Source: Candidatus Multivoradales bacterium (GTDB lineage: Bacteria > Acidobacteriota > Thermoanaerobaculia > Multivoradales > J023). Taken from it: a DNA stretch of 64,000 bases. The position numbers and the translations under genes are program-made. The notes below the pieces were generated by a model. It was not told the DNA's origin. It was given only the letters and a program-made list of their open reading frames with translations, and ran no database searches. This document shows positions 55,801-64,000 of this stretch, piece by piece. The DNA is taken from assembly GCA_965248925.1 (NCBI GenBank), contig CBDFLE010000006.1:4800001-4864000 (forward strand). The letters are read 5' to 3'. The first letter of the stretch is position 1. Each line of letters opens with the position of its first letter.

Positions 55801-56192
55801 CGGACGGCGAAGCCTTCGCCGACGGATTCCGCCGTCTGGGTCTCGGCTCTATCGTCGGCACACGGACTTGGGGAGGGGAAATCTGGCTCACTTCGTCCAA
55901 CCGGTTGGTCGATCGTGGCATCGCCACGGCAGCCGAATTCGGGGTCTATGGGCCAGAAGGGGAGTGGCTAATCGAAGGCCATGGTGTCGACCCTGACCTG
56001 GTGGTTGACAATCTGCCGCGCGCGACCTGGCAAGGCCAGGACGCGCAGCTCGAGGCGGCGGTCCAACACCTGCTGCGGCGGATTGCCGCGGAGCCCGCGC
56101 AGGTGCCACCGGCACCACCCTATCCGGACAAGTCTTACTCGGCCGAGGAGGGAGGCTCGCTATCGTCGCCGGTGGTGAGCAACCGGCGGTAG
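52854..56192 (+). CDS. Tricorn protease (peptidase S41)
   Basis: GYYRFP...IFTAEGDLW, PD40 propellers, PDZ, IDLRRNRGGN, ASDGE, GTRTWGG, IEGHGVDPD. Confidence 0.95.
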   Translation: MRILRPLTALLALIILSVLAPLAAAAEEGYYRFPALRGDTVIFTAEGDLWRVAAAGGEARRLTTHAGEESHAAISADGSQVAFSARYEGGREVYVMALDGGLPKRLTWHGDDARVVGWTPAGRVLYATGHFASLPTIELVEIDPRNGRRYRLPLAQADEGTYDPLSGSLYFTRFPFQGSHTKRYRGGTAQSLWRYDPGAEEAQPLTAEHAGTDHRPLWWRDRLLFVSDRDGTLNLWSMAGDGGDPRQHTHHADWDVRWPDLDGDRVIYQLGADLWLHDLASGSERRLEIRLMSDFDQQRQRWIRHPLEYLSAAHLSPDGERVVLTARGQIVVVPRRQGRLVEVGQSGLEQQAAVRYRSARFLAAGQSLVALSDESGEVEWWQLDARGVEAPRQLTRDGHTLRFDGLPSPDGRFLAYYDKNDELWLLELATGDQKRLASSPYFGFGDLAFSTDGSWLAYVVPADNFFTQIRLYELATGRDLALTSDRFNSASPAWSPDGRWLYFFSDRHLESIVQSPWGAYAPQPHLDRRTRLFAISLRAHGRPPFAPATELVKEAEGEDQEDDKARAHPRSVPTEPLQIDLEGLVGRLWEVPIEPGNYRRLAAGERHLYWLARLPQLKDSTLLALRLGRQELKPRKILDRLLDYELSADGKHLLLRREQGLWVVPAKGKPPEKLAEHRLALDDWHLSLDPRQEWRQMFVDAWRLMRDYFYDPGMHGVDWLAMRDKYLPLVDRVADRRELSALLAEMVGELSALHHFVRSGDPRQGEEEDILPASLGALLEPTAEGLQVVQLYDGDPDMPGELSPLSRPGVEVGVGDLIVTINGASTMAATEVGELLRRQAGRQVLLGVRAAQNSAQDSGPRQVIVEPLTPRQASRLRYAHWEFQRRLRVEDLGDGKIGYVHLRSMGRRSYSEWARHYFPVAQRQGLVIDLRRNRGGNIDSWILGSLLRRPWMWWKARTGKSYPNMQWSFRGHLVVLVDERTASDGEAFADGFRRLGLGSIVGTRTWGGEIWLTSSNRLVDRGIATAAEFGVYGPEGEWLIEGHGVDPDLVVDNLPRATWQGQDAQLEAAVQHLLRRIAAEPAQVPPAPPYPDKSYSAEEGGSLSSPVVSNRR

Positions 56193-56617
56193 AGTTCCTC
56201 GTACTCGTCGATGCGTGAGTGCAAGCTCTCGTAGTCGGCGCGGGCTTGCTTGCGCAAGCGTCTCAGGATGGGGCGAAAGCGAGCCATCAGGGCGGGTTCG
56301 AGTTGGCCGATGGCGTCGAGCCGTTCGCCGATGCCACGGTGCAGCAGCTCCGGTTTGCCCAGCAGATCGCCGACTTTAGTGTTTGGAAAGTGCTGCTTGG
56401 AAAGGTCGAGGGTGAACTCACGACTGAGTTCCTCGATGGTGCAATCGATGCCTTCCAACAAGCATATGAACATCTTTGGCCGCGGCCAGTGCTTACCGGT
56501 CTCCCAGCCATTCCATGTGCCGTGATTGACTTTGCCGCGGTCAGCAGCCTGTTCTTGCGACATGCCTAGTCGCTCGCGTAACCGGCGGATCGTGCCTCCC
56601 AGAACCTCCTCGAACAT
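56135..56617 (-). CDS. XRE-family HTH transcriptional regulator
   Basis: IRRLRERLGMSQEQAA......WETGKHWP. Confidence 0.8.
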   Translation of the reverse strand: MFEEVLGGTIRRLRERLGMSQEQAADRGKVNHGTWNGWETGKHWPRPKMFICLLEGIDCTIEELSREFTLDLSKQHFPNTKVGDLLGKPELLHRGIGERLDAIGQLEPALMARFRPILRRLRKQARADYESLHSRIDEYEELYRRLLTTGDDSEPPSSAE

Positions 56618-56876
56618 GCGGCGATCATACGCGGGCGATAGATGTAGAACAATTGTGATTTATTTCACATTCTTGGATAGTGAAAACAAGAGACTTCTCT
56701 ATTTACTCAGCTTATTCTTGTTTAGAGAAGATTTCTATCTAAGTATTGGATGCTTTGGTAAGAGAATATTTCAAATGAATCATAGATAGAAATCTCCGAT
56801 ATTCGGTCAAAGGACCTCGCTATTCAGAGAAAGAGGCGGTGCCGGTCTACCGGCAAGCTCGCTTTCTCGGCGGGGC

Positions 56877-57473
56877 TCAGCTGGTGGCCAGTCGACCGTC
56901 GAGTTCGAGCGCCTCGGCCTGGCCTTTCATCGCCTCCAGCACGTTGCCAATGTGCGGCCACAACTCCAGCTTGCCGCCCCAACAAAACTGGCTGAAGTCG
57001 GCGGTGGCCTGCTCGATCTCAGCTCGGTCGATAGCGGCGGCGAAGAGCTTGTCCTTCCAGTTGCGCTTGACGGACTTAGGCTTCATCAAGCGGATGTCCT
57101 TTTTCGGCCTTACCAGAGTGGCGGCGATCACTAGGCCGGTGATTTCGTCGCAGGCCAGCAAAGCAAAGTCCATCGGCCGCGAGCGCTCGACACCACTGCC
57201 GATGGTGTTGTGCGACAGGATTGCCTGAATGATCTCCTCGTCGACTCCGCGTTGGCGCAGCATCGGCGCACCGTCGGCGGGATGGGCTTCAAGAGTGGGG
57301 TGAAGCTCCCAGTCGAAGTCGTGCAGCAGGCCGGCCAGGCCCCAGTTGTGGGGATCCTGGTCGAGCCGTTCGGCGTACCAGCGCATCGCCGCTTCGACCG
57401 CCAGCATGTGCCGCCGAAGACCAAACTCTTGAACATGCTCACAGACAATTTTCCAGGCGGTTTCCCGTTCCAT
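56877..57473 (-). CDS. HD-domain (HDIG) hydrolase
   Basis: HMLAVE, GLLHDFD, AILSH, ACDEITG. Confidence 0.9.
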   Translation of the reverse strand: MERETAWKIVCEHVQEFGLRRHMLAVEAAMRWYAERLDQDPHNWGLAGLLHDFDWELHPTLEAHPADGAPMLRQRGVDEEIIQAILSHNTIGSGVERSRPMDFALLACDEITGLVIAATLVRPKKDIRLMKPKSVKRNWKDKLFAAAIDRAEIEQATADFSQFCWGGKLELWPHIGNVLEAMKGQAEALELDGRLATS

Positions 57474-57709
57474 GCTCTCTCCTCTAGATGTGGGTTGTCG
57501 CAGCAGGATGCATGCTACCAGTCGCCGAGCTTGGGACTCCTAGGAGCCCGGACCTGGACTCCCGGGGCGAGCAAGAAAGTCGCGGTTGCTTTCAGCGAGC
57601 GGCGAGCTGGTGATATCTTCAACGGACTATCGATAATGCGGCTGCTGTGCGGTACCGAGTTCTTCGGTGTCCGAGTGGGAAGTGAGTGCCGCGGGCACAG
57701 GAGGAGATC

Positions 57710-59203
57710 ATGAGCCGAGCGAACGAAGTTTCAACCTCAGTTTGGCAGCGCGGGTCGCTGCTTGCTGGTTGCTTGCTGCTGGCCTTGCCACTGACCCATT
57801 GCGCCACCAATCCGGCGACGGGCAAGAAGCAGCTAGCGCTGATCAGCGAGGCGCAGGAGATCGAGATCGGTCGTGGCGCGGACCAGCAGGTCGTGGCCCA
57901 ATACGGCCTCTATCCGGACCAGCAGTTGCAAGACTATGTGCAGCGTCTAGGTTCGGAATTGGCGCGCAGTTCTGAGCGACCCCATCTGCCGTGGACCTTC
58001 CGGGTGGTGGACGATCCTGTGGTCAACGCCTTTGCCCTTCCCGGTGGCTATATCTACATCACCCGCGGCATCCTCTCGCACATGAGTTCGGAGGCCGAGT
58101 TGGTAGCCGTGCTGGGGCACGAGATCGGCCACGTCACGGCTCGGCACGGAGTCAATCAGATGTCCAAGGCGCAGCTGGCGAACATCGGTCTAGGTGTCGG
58201 TATGATCTTGAGCCCCGAACTCGGCCGTTACGGCCAGGAGTTGCAGCAGGGTTTGGGCTTGATGTTCCTCAAATTCGGCCGCGATGATGAGCGCCAGGCC
58301 GACGACCTGGGATACCGCTATGCCACCGGTCGCGGCTATCCTCCTGGGGCCATGGCGGAGATGTTCTCGACCTTGAACCGGGTTGGCAACGCGGCGACCG
58401 CCAAATCCGGCTCCGGTCGCTTGCCGAATTGGTTGTCGACCCATCCCAATCCGGTCGATCGGCGGCAGCGGGTCGAGGAGCGCATGGCCGCGGCACCGCC
58501 CGAGGTGTTGGCGGCATCATGGAACCGTGCCCCCTACTTCGATCGCTTGCAGAACTTGACCTATGGCGCCAATCCTCGTGAAGGCTTCTTCCGCGACTCC
58601 CGCTTCTATCATCCGGAAATGGCTTTTCAGGTCGACCTGCCGCCGGGTTGGACAACCCAGAACAGCCGCCAAGCGGTGGTGGCGGTGAGCCCGAAAAAGG
58701 ACGCCTACTTCCAGCTCTCCCTGGCTCAGCAGAACTCCCCCGACTCGGCCTCTCAGGCATTTTTTCAACAACAAGGAGTCGAAGTGGGCAACACCTGGGT
58801 ACGCAGCCTGCGCGGTAGCGTGGCGCGCACCTTTCGCGCCCAGGTTTCGCAGACCCAGCAGCTGGATGGTGGCGTGGCCTTCGTGCCGTGGAACGATTTG
58901 GTGTTGCAGTTGCTCGGCTTCAGTCTGTCGGAGAATTGGCCCCGGGGTTACGACCGTGAAATCAGCTCCACCGTGCGCAGTTTCCGCCGGCTCACCGATC
59001 GTCGCTATCTCGAGATCCAGCCGATGCGGCTCGAAGTGATCACTCTGTCGCGGGATATGTCGCTCGAGGAATTCAACCGGCGCTATCCGTCGTCGGTGTC
59101 GATCGACAAGATCGCGCTGCTCAATCATCTCGAACCCGGCGGCACGCTGCGCCGTGGTACCCGCGCCAAGCGAGTTGTCGGCACCAACCCCGACAGCCTC
59201 TGA
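57710..59203 (+). CDS. M48-family metalloprotease lipoprotein
   Basis: CATNPATGK, NAFALPGG, HEIGH, ERQAD, LSTHP. Confidence 0.92.
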   Translation: MSRANEVSTSVWQRGSLLAGCLLLALPLTHCATNPATGKKQLALISEAQEIEIGRGADQQVVAQYGLYPDQQLQDYVQRLGSELARSSERPHLPWTFRVVDDPVVNAFALPGGYIYITRGILSHMSSEAELVAVLGHEIGHVTARHGVNQMSKAQLANIGLGVGMILSPELGRYGQELQQGLGLMFLKFGRDDERQADDLGYRYATGRGYPPGAMAEMFSTLNRVGNAATAKSGSGRLPNWLSTHPNPVDRRQRVEERMAAAPPEVLAASWNRAPYFDRLQNLTYGANPREGFFRDSRFYHPEMAFQVDLPPGWTTQNSRQAVVAVSPKKDAYFQLSLAQQNSPDSASQAFFQQQGVEVGNTWVRSLRGSVARTFRAQVSQTQQLDGGVAFVPWNDLVLQLLGFSLSENWPRGYDREISSTVRSFRRLTDRRYLEIQPMRLEVITLSRDMSLEEFNRRYPSSVSIDKIALLNHLEPGGTLRRGTRAKRVVGTNPDSL

Positions 59204-59249
59204 AATGCTGCTCTGAGGTCGGCGATTCAGTCCCGGGCCTTCGCCGATC

Positions 59250-60938
59250 TCAGGAATCCAGATTCTTCTTCTTTTTCGATTTGCTGGGTTTGCCGATCAG
59301 CAAGGCTTCGCGGGCGTAGGACTCGGCACCGGAGAGTTCGTCCCAGACGCTGATCGCAATCACCTGCTGACCGGCGCGGGTTTGCAGCGCGGTCTGGAAG
59401 TTGATCGTGCCGGCCTGGGTTTGCTCCAACTCGTCGATCGGCACGCTGATCGGATACGGCAGATCGCGAACCGCCGACACCGCGCCGTCCTCACTCTGCA
59501 CGGCGACAAAGATCCGCAACCGCGCTTCGGCAGTAGTTTCAGTGGGCAGGAAGGTGACCGTGCTGGCCGGTATGTTGACCGTCACCGGCAGCAGATAGTT
59601 GCCGCGTCGCTTTTCTGCCGGTGCGAAGGTCAGTGAGACCCTCAGAGGATTCTCATAACGCTCGAGCAGCAGCGACGACAATGTGCGGTCGGCAACCCTC
59701 TCGGTCGGCTTCTTGGCGGTGTAGCTGGTGCGGTGGCGAGCCCGCAGGCCGGGACGTGTGACCTTGACCTCGACCCGATGCACTTGGCCATGGCCGGCTT
59801 CGGTGGCTTGGTAGCCCAAGGAGTAGAAGCTGCCGAAGTCGGCGCTCAGGGTCTCAAGAGCCCCCGCAACGTTGCCCGAACCCAAGAAAGCTCTGCCGCC
59901 GGTGGGCTCGGACATGCCGATCAGCGGTTCTTGTAGGTTTTCGTTGCGGATCGCGTCGATGGTGGTGCGATTTGCGCCGCCGGTTTGGTTGGCCGAGAGT
60001 TCGGACGAAGAGGCCGAGCCCACGGCTCCCCGCGCGTCCAGGGTGTAGAAGGTGATTTGCGCCGCGTTGGCGGCCAAGCTGATGCGCTGAAAGATATTGG
60101 CGCCGGTGTCCCGCAATCTGGCACCGCCGAAAAACTGTTCTTCGAGGTCGGCTCCGGGCTGTTGCTCCAAGCCATCGCTGACGTAGAGCAGAGCCTTGCG
60201 TCCCGGCACCGCCGCCAGTGCGCGGAGCACAGTTTCCAGAGCTTGCACCGACTGCTGCAGCTCGTTACGCACCGTCTGCTTGTACTGCTCCAGGAAGCTG
60301 CGCGCCTGGTCCGGATCGCCATCGAGAAACGCCTGGCTGACCCGGCGTCGCAGAATTCTCTTTTCCATGCCCTTGCGCGAACCGCCGGCGGCGGCTTGGC
60401 GCAGTCGATCCAGGCCGCTGTTAATCAGCTCGGGATCGTTGGTCAGCGGTTGCTCGATGGTCAGGCCGCGGGCGTGACCGACCAGCATCACCCGATCGCC
60501 GGCCTGGGCGCGCTGAGGCAGAAAGGCCTCGAGTTGATGGAGCGCCTTCTGGCGATTCGTCGGGTGGATGTTGATGTGATCGACATAGACCACTAGATTG
60601 AGCCGCCGCTGCTCATCGACCACCGGTTGGCTAGTGGGCTCGGCCGCTAGTTCCTCCGGGGTCCCGGCTGTGGCTGGCGGCGTTGGTTCGATGATTTCGC
60701 TGTAGAAATTTGAGATCTCGACTTGCTTGCCGTCGACCCAGATTTCGAAGTCCTGACGCTGTAGGTCGTTGACCCGCTGGCCGTCGCCATCGGTGACGAA
60801 TACTTCGAGGTTGACCAGATCGACATCCACTCGGTCGACGAAGATATTTCCTGAAGCTTCCTGAGCGGCGCTCGGTAGAGCGAGCCCGAGTAGCAGCAAC
60901 AGCAGAGTCGTGAATTGGCGAAGACGATTGGTAATCAC
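59250..60938 (-). CDS. VWA-related domain protein (acidobacterial type)
   Basis: VDLVNLEVFVTD..G..V.DL...DF, PGRKALLYVSDG, TGGRA, YSLGY. Confidence 0.85.
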   Translation of the reverse strand: MITNRLRQFTTLLLLLLGLALPSAAQEASGNIFVDRVDVDLVNLEVFVTDGDGQRVNDLQRQDFEIWVDGKQVEISNFYSEIIEPTPPATAGTPEELAAEPTSQPVVDEQRRLNLVVYVDHINIHPTNRQKALHQLEAFLPQRAQAGDRVMLVGHARGLTIEQPLTNDPELINSGLDRLRQAAAGGSRKGMEKRILRRRVSQAFLDGDPDQARSFLEQYKQTVRNELQQSVQALETVLRALAAVPGRKALLYVSDGLEQQPGADLEEQFFGGARLRDTGANIFQRISLAANAAQITFYTLDARGAVGSASSSELSANQTGGANRTTIDAIRNENLQEPLIGMSEPTGGRAFLGSGNVAGALETLSADFGSFYSLGYQATEAGHGQVHRVEVKVTRPGLRARHRTSYTAKKPTERVADRTLSSLLLERYENPLRVSLTFAPAEKRRGNYLLPVTVNIPASTVTFLPTETTAEARLRIFVAVQSEDGAVSAVRDLPYPISVPIDELEQTQAGTINFQTALQTRAGQQVIAISVWDELSGAESYAREALLIGKPSKSKKKKNLDS

Positions 60939-61150
60939 GGCAACATCTCCTCGAGAGTCAGACCTGGGCGAAGCAAGACTGGCAGTCTACCAGTGGTGCC
61001 GAGAGAGGGTTCGGGCATGAGGCCGAAGCCTGGCCTGGGCCGGCGAGTAGGCGCTACCATGGGTAGCGACCACCCACACCTGTGGCTGCGTCAAGGCCCC
61101 GCCGGCCTGCTAGCGGAGATTCCTGACCGTCGCCGAGAGGAAGAAGCTAC

Positions 61151-61666
61151 GTGAAACGACCCGAGAACAGCGAATACGAAGCCTACTACCGGCTCTATGT
61201 CGGCCAAGTCCCCGACGGCGACATCCTCGACACCCTGGCCAGCAGCAGCCGGCAGACCGCAGAACTTCTGATCGACCTAGAGGCAGAGCGCAAAGATCAC
61301 CGCTATGCCCCTGGCAAGTGGACCCTAGGTGAAGTGCTAGGCCACATGATCGACACCGAATGGGTATTCGCTTTCCGCGCCCTGGCCATCGCCCGCGGGG
61401 AGACCGCCGATCTGCCGGCGATGGACCAGGATGCCTGGGCCGCGGCCTCGGATCTCGGCGGTCGTACCCTGGTCGGGTTGGCCGACGACTTGGTCGGTGT
61501 TCGCCTGGCCACCCTGTCGCTCTTCGCCAGCTTCGATCCGGCGGTCTACCGGAGCTCTGGCAGGGCGAGCGGCTTTCCCTTCACCGTGCGCACCTTCCCC
61601 TGGATCATCGCTGGGCATGAGATCCACCATCGGCAGGTGATCAAAGAGCGCTACCTGGACGACTAG
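61151..61666 (+). CDS. DinB-family protein
   Basis: RYAPGKWT..EV.GH..DTE, GHE.HH. Confidence 0.9.
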   Translation: MKRPENSEYEAYYRLYVGQVPDGDILDTLASSSRQTAELLIDLEAERKDHRYAPGKWTLGEVLGHMIDTEWVFAFRALAIARGETADLPAMDQDAWAAASDLGGRTLVGLADDLVGVRLATLSLFASFDPAVYRSSGRASGFPFTVRTFPWIIAGHEIHHRQVIKERYLDD

Positions 61667-61752
61667 GGGTTGTAGGTCTGACGTGAATCCTCCCTAAACC
61701 GGAGGATTCGCTCTTACGGAATCTGGATCGTGGCGGAACTGTTAAACCGGTC

Positions 61753-62055
61753 ATGGAAGAAACCGAACTAGAGCTACCGACAGTCAACCCGGTGGGAGTT
61801 CTCGAGCGGCCAGCTGGGGTCGGTGGTGAGCCGCTACCGCGGCCGCTGTGGCTACGATTGCTGGCGTTACTCTTCCTCACCTTCTTTTTCTTCGCCACCG
61901 TACTCAGCTCGATCCTCAGTAGCGGCGCCTACTGCCTGACCTCGGACGGTGGCGATACTCGGGCGCTGCACAGCAGCCCGGTGTATCAGCGATTGGCGGA
62001 GACGACCGAAAAAGGCTCTGGTCGGCCTGCCGAGGATCCCCGGAAACGGCCCTGA
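61753..62055 (+). CDS. Small membrane hypothetical protein
   Basis: One TM helix followed by YCLTSD. Confidence 0.45.
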   Translation: MEETELELPTVNPVGVLERPAGVGGEPLPRPLWLRLLALLFLTFFFFATVLSSILSSGAYCLTSDGGDTRALHSSPVYQRLAETTEKGSGRPAEDPRKRP

Positions 62056-62111
62056 CGGCTTGTGGCGAAGAAGGGCTGCTCTGAGCTTGGCGAGACTATT
62101 GCCACAGGTTG

Positions 62112-62561
62112 CTAGCTCTTGGCCAATCGTCGAGTCCCCCAAGCCATCGCCGCCGCCGCCCCCAGCACCAGCAGTGCCCCCGTCGGCACCGACAGGATGA
62201 ATAGCGAAGGATCCCCCTCAGCGGCACCGATCGCCCCCAACAGGAAACCCAAGGGCAGCAGCAGGGCGCCAACGCGCAGCGCCAAGGAGGCACGCTGGCG
62301 CCCCTTGGCGCTGCTTAGGCAGTGTTCGGCGGTGAGGGCGAAGACTACGTTCAAGATGCCGAGCAGGGTGCCGTGGGCATGGGCCAGGGTGCATAGTTCA
62401 CGGCGCAAGTGGAGATCGAAGTAGAAGGGCGCCTTGATCAGGTGGAAGGACTCCAATACCAGGCCGAGCAGCAAGAAGGCGGCAATGGCCGTCCAGCCGA
62501 AGCGCAGGCAACTCTGGCAGGCCGGGTCGAGCGGGGAGTGGGATGGAGCGGTGTTTTTCAT
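62112..62561 (-). CDS. Four-TM membrane protein with HAHG motif
   Basis: LGLVLE..H, LAHAHGTLLG; overlaps the cytochrome stop codon. Confidence 0.7.
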   Translation of the reverse strand: MKNTAPSHSPLDPACQSCLRFGWTAIAAFLLLGLVLESFHLIKAPFYFDLHLRRELCTLAHAHGTLLGILNVVFALTAEHCLSSAKGRQRASLALRVGALLLPLGFLLGAIGAAEGDPSLFILSVPTGALLVLGAAAAMAWGTRRLAKS

Positions 62562-63922
62562 TCGCCGATATGAATCCTTTCGGAACGTTGCCGGCCCAGC
62601 GCTCGCCAGTCGCGGATGAGTTCGTTGCGGAAGCTGTGGTCGGCTTGCAAGGCGCTACCGGTAGGCGGGGGTGGTAACCGGGTGTGGTCAAGCTTGGCCC
62701 AGGCCGAGGCCAATTCGCCGAGCTGGCGGTTGCGCTGTTTCTCGGCGGCCATGAAATCAAAGTCGGCGAGCTGACGGTTCCAGTCAGGATCGAAGCCGTT
62801 TTGGCTTAGCTCGAGGGTTAGCGTGCGCAGGCTTTTGTGGGCGAAACGGCGCACCGCTGGGTATTCGTCGGTAAGTGCCAGCAGCAAATGCGGAATCAGA
62901 AAAGCGCGGTTGGACGCTCCTAGGGGGCTGTCCTGGCGGCCGGCCAGGCGGGCGGCGACGGCTCGTTCAACCGGATCGCCGGTGTGCAGGGCAGTGATGC
63001 TCTCGACCGCGGTGGCGGCAATTCCGTCGCGGAGCTCGAGGGCCGGTTGGACGCCACCCCACAGCCGGGCAGTGTGCTCGACCGCCCATTGCCGTGAGCG
63101 GTCGAGATGGCAGGAGGTGGCGCCGCGCATCGCCGGTTCGATCTGGCCGCGGATGTCGCCGCCGTGCATGCTGTGGCAGGAGATGCAGGTCAGGCCCCCA
63201 CCCTTGAAGCAGGCCGACTGCGTCAGCTCTTGGTATTCAAAGGCGGTTAGGCGCGGCGTGCCGTCGTTCCAAAAACGACGGCGGTAGAGATTTGGGTCGA
63301 CGCCATGGGGGATCTGGCTGTCTAGACGCAGCGGTTCGACGTGCGCGGCCAGGCGTTCACCGGCGCGATAGCTGGGGCCTTGGTGTAGGGCTTCCACCAG
63401 TTTGGCCTGGGGTGTGAACAGACGTTGGCCGTGGCATTGGCCGCAGATGTCGGCGCTCGATTGCGGGTCGAGCCGGGCGGGGTTGACGAGGGTCGGATCG
63501 GCGCCGCCTTCGGGCAGCCGCGCCAGGTACTGCTGGTAGAGTCGCAAACCCACCGTGCGCTCGATCAGTAGTCGCGAGCTACCGCCGTTGGGATTTTCGA
63601 TCTCGAAGTAATAGTCTTCTCCTTGCTGTAGCGGTCGCACCGTTATTCCTTGATAGGTCACCGGCTGGCCGTCGAAAGCGCCAACGACGCTGTGGCGGCC
63701 GGCCTGCTGGGTCATGGTGCGGTGAAAGGTGCGCTGCAAACTGGCATGGTGGTCGGGGTGGCAGGAGCGGCAGGTGGTGGAACCAGCCCAAGGGGCGTCG
63801 CGGTGGGCAACGGGAGTCGCCAGGTCGGCCTCAAAGGCGCGCGGGGTTAGCCAAGCAAGGCCAACCATCGCGGCGGCCAGCGGCAGGGCCGAGAGGGCAG
63901 CATATTTCAGCAAGCGGGGCAC
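62558..63922 (-). CDS. Multiheme c-type cytochrome (c554-like), apparently internally deleted
   Basis: CRSCH, CGQCH, CISCH and a broken ATSCH motif; C-terminal HEAT-like region. Confidence 0.7.
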   Translation of the reverse strand: MPRLLKYAALSALPLAAAMVGLAWLTPRAFEADLATPVAHRDAPWAGSTTCRSCHPDHHASLQRTFHRTMTQQAGRHSVVGAFDGQPVTYQGITVRPLQQGEDYYFEIENPNGGSSRLLIERTVGLRLYQQYLARLPEGGADPTLVNPARLDPQSSADICGQCHGQRLFTPQAKLVEALHQGPSYRAGERLAAHVEPLRLDSQIPHGVDPNLYRRRFWNDGTPRLTAFEYQELTQSACFKGGGLTCISCHSMHGGDIRGQIEPAMRGATSCHLDRSRQWAVEHTARLWGGVQPALELRDGIAATAVESITALHTGDPVERAVAARLAGRQDSPLGASNRAFLIPHLLLALTDEYPAVRRFAHKSLRTLTLELSQNGFDPDWNRQLADFDFMAAEKQRNRQLGELASAWAKLDHTRLPPPPTGSALQADHSFRNELIRDWRALGRQRSERIHIGE

Positions 63923-64000
63923 GGCGCGATTCTATCCGCCGCGGCGAGATGCCGCGGGCTGACCTGTCTGCTAAGCCCCTTGGCGGCCCGCAACAGACTG

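Overview
High-GC bacterial window. An Acidobacteriota (Thermoanaerobaculia-like) origin is inferred from the VWA-related protein, the IFANGFE-tailed secreted protein and the ECF/anti-sigma/CHAT operon. The left end and the 28.6-34.3 kb region carry cell-surface glycan genes (wzm/wzt, flippase, glycosyltransferases, two sulfatase-like lipoproteins) plus hemF. Between them lies a ~20 kb accessory conflict region (8.5-28.6 kb). Its centrepiece is a complete diversity-generating retroelement (DGR). The cassette reads HTH/four-helix-bundle gene, avd, template repeat (15904-16029) and reverse transcriptase. It is flanked by two target genes whose variable repeats differ from the template only at adenines (12 and 17 substitutions in 126 nt). 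One target is the membrane-spanning vWA subunit of a TIR-(inactive CHAT)-iSTAND / MoxR / vWA-CLec ternary system. The region also holds ParDE, a VapC remnant, an ECF-anti-sigma-CHAT operon, a PadR pseudogene and a truncated ATPase/NACHT pair. The right half has a fused MrfA/MrfB-type helicase-nuclease, a PilZ protein, a candidate sigma54-driven ncRNA and a decayed multicopper-oxidase locus cut by an internally deleted IS. It also carries paired C39-like membrane proteins, tricorn protease, an M48 peptidase and an internally deleted multiheme cytochrome. All family assignments come from motif recognition by eye; no database searches were run.
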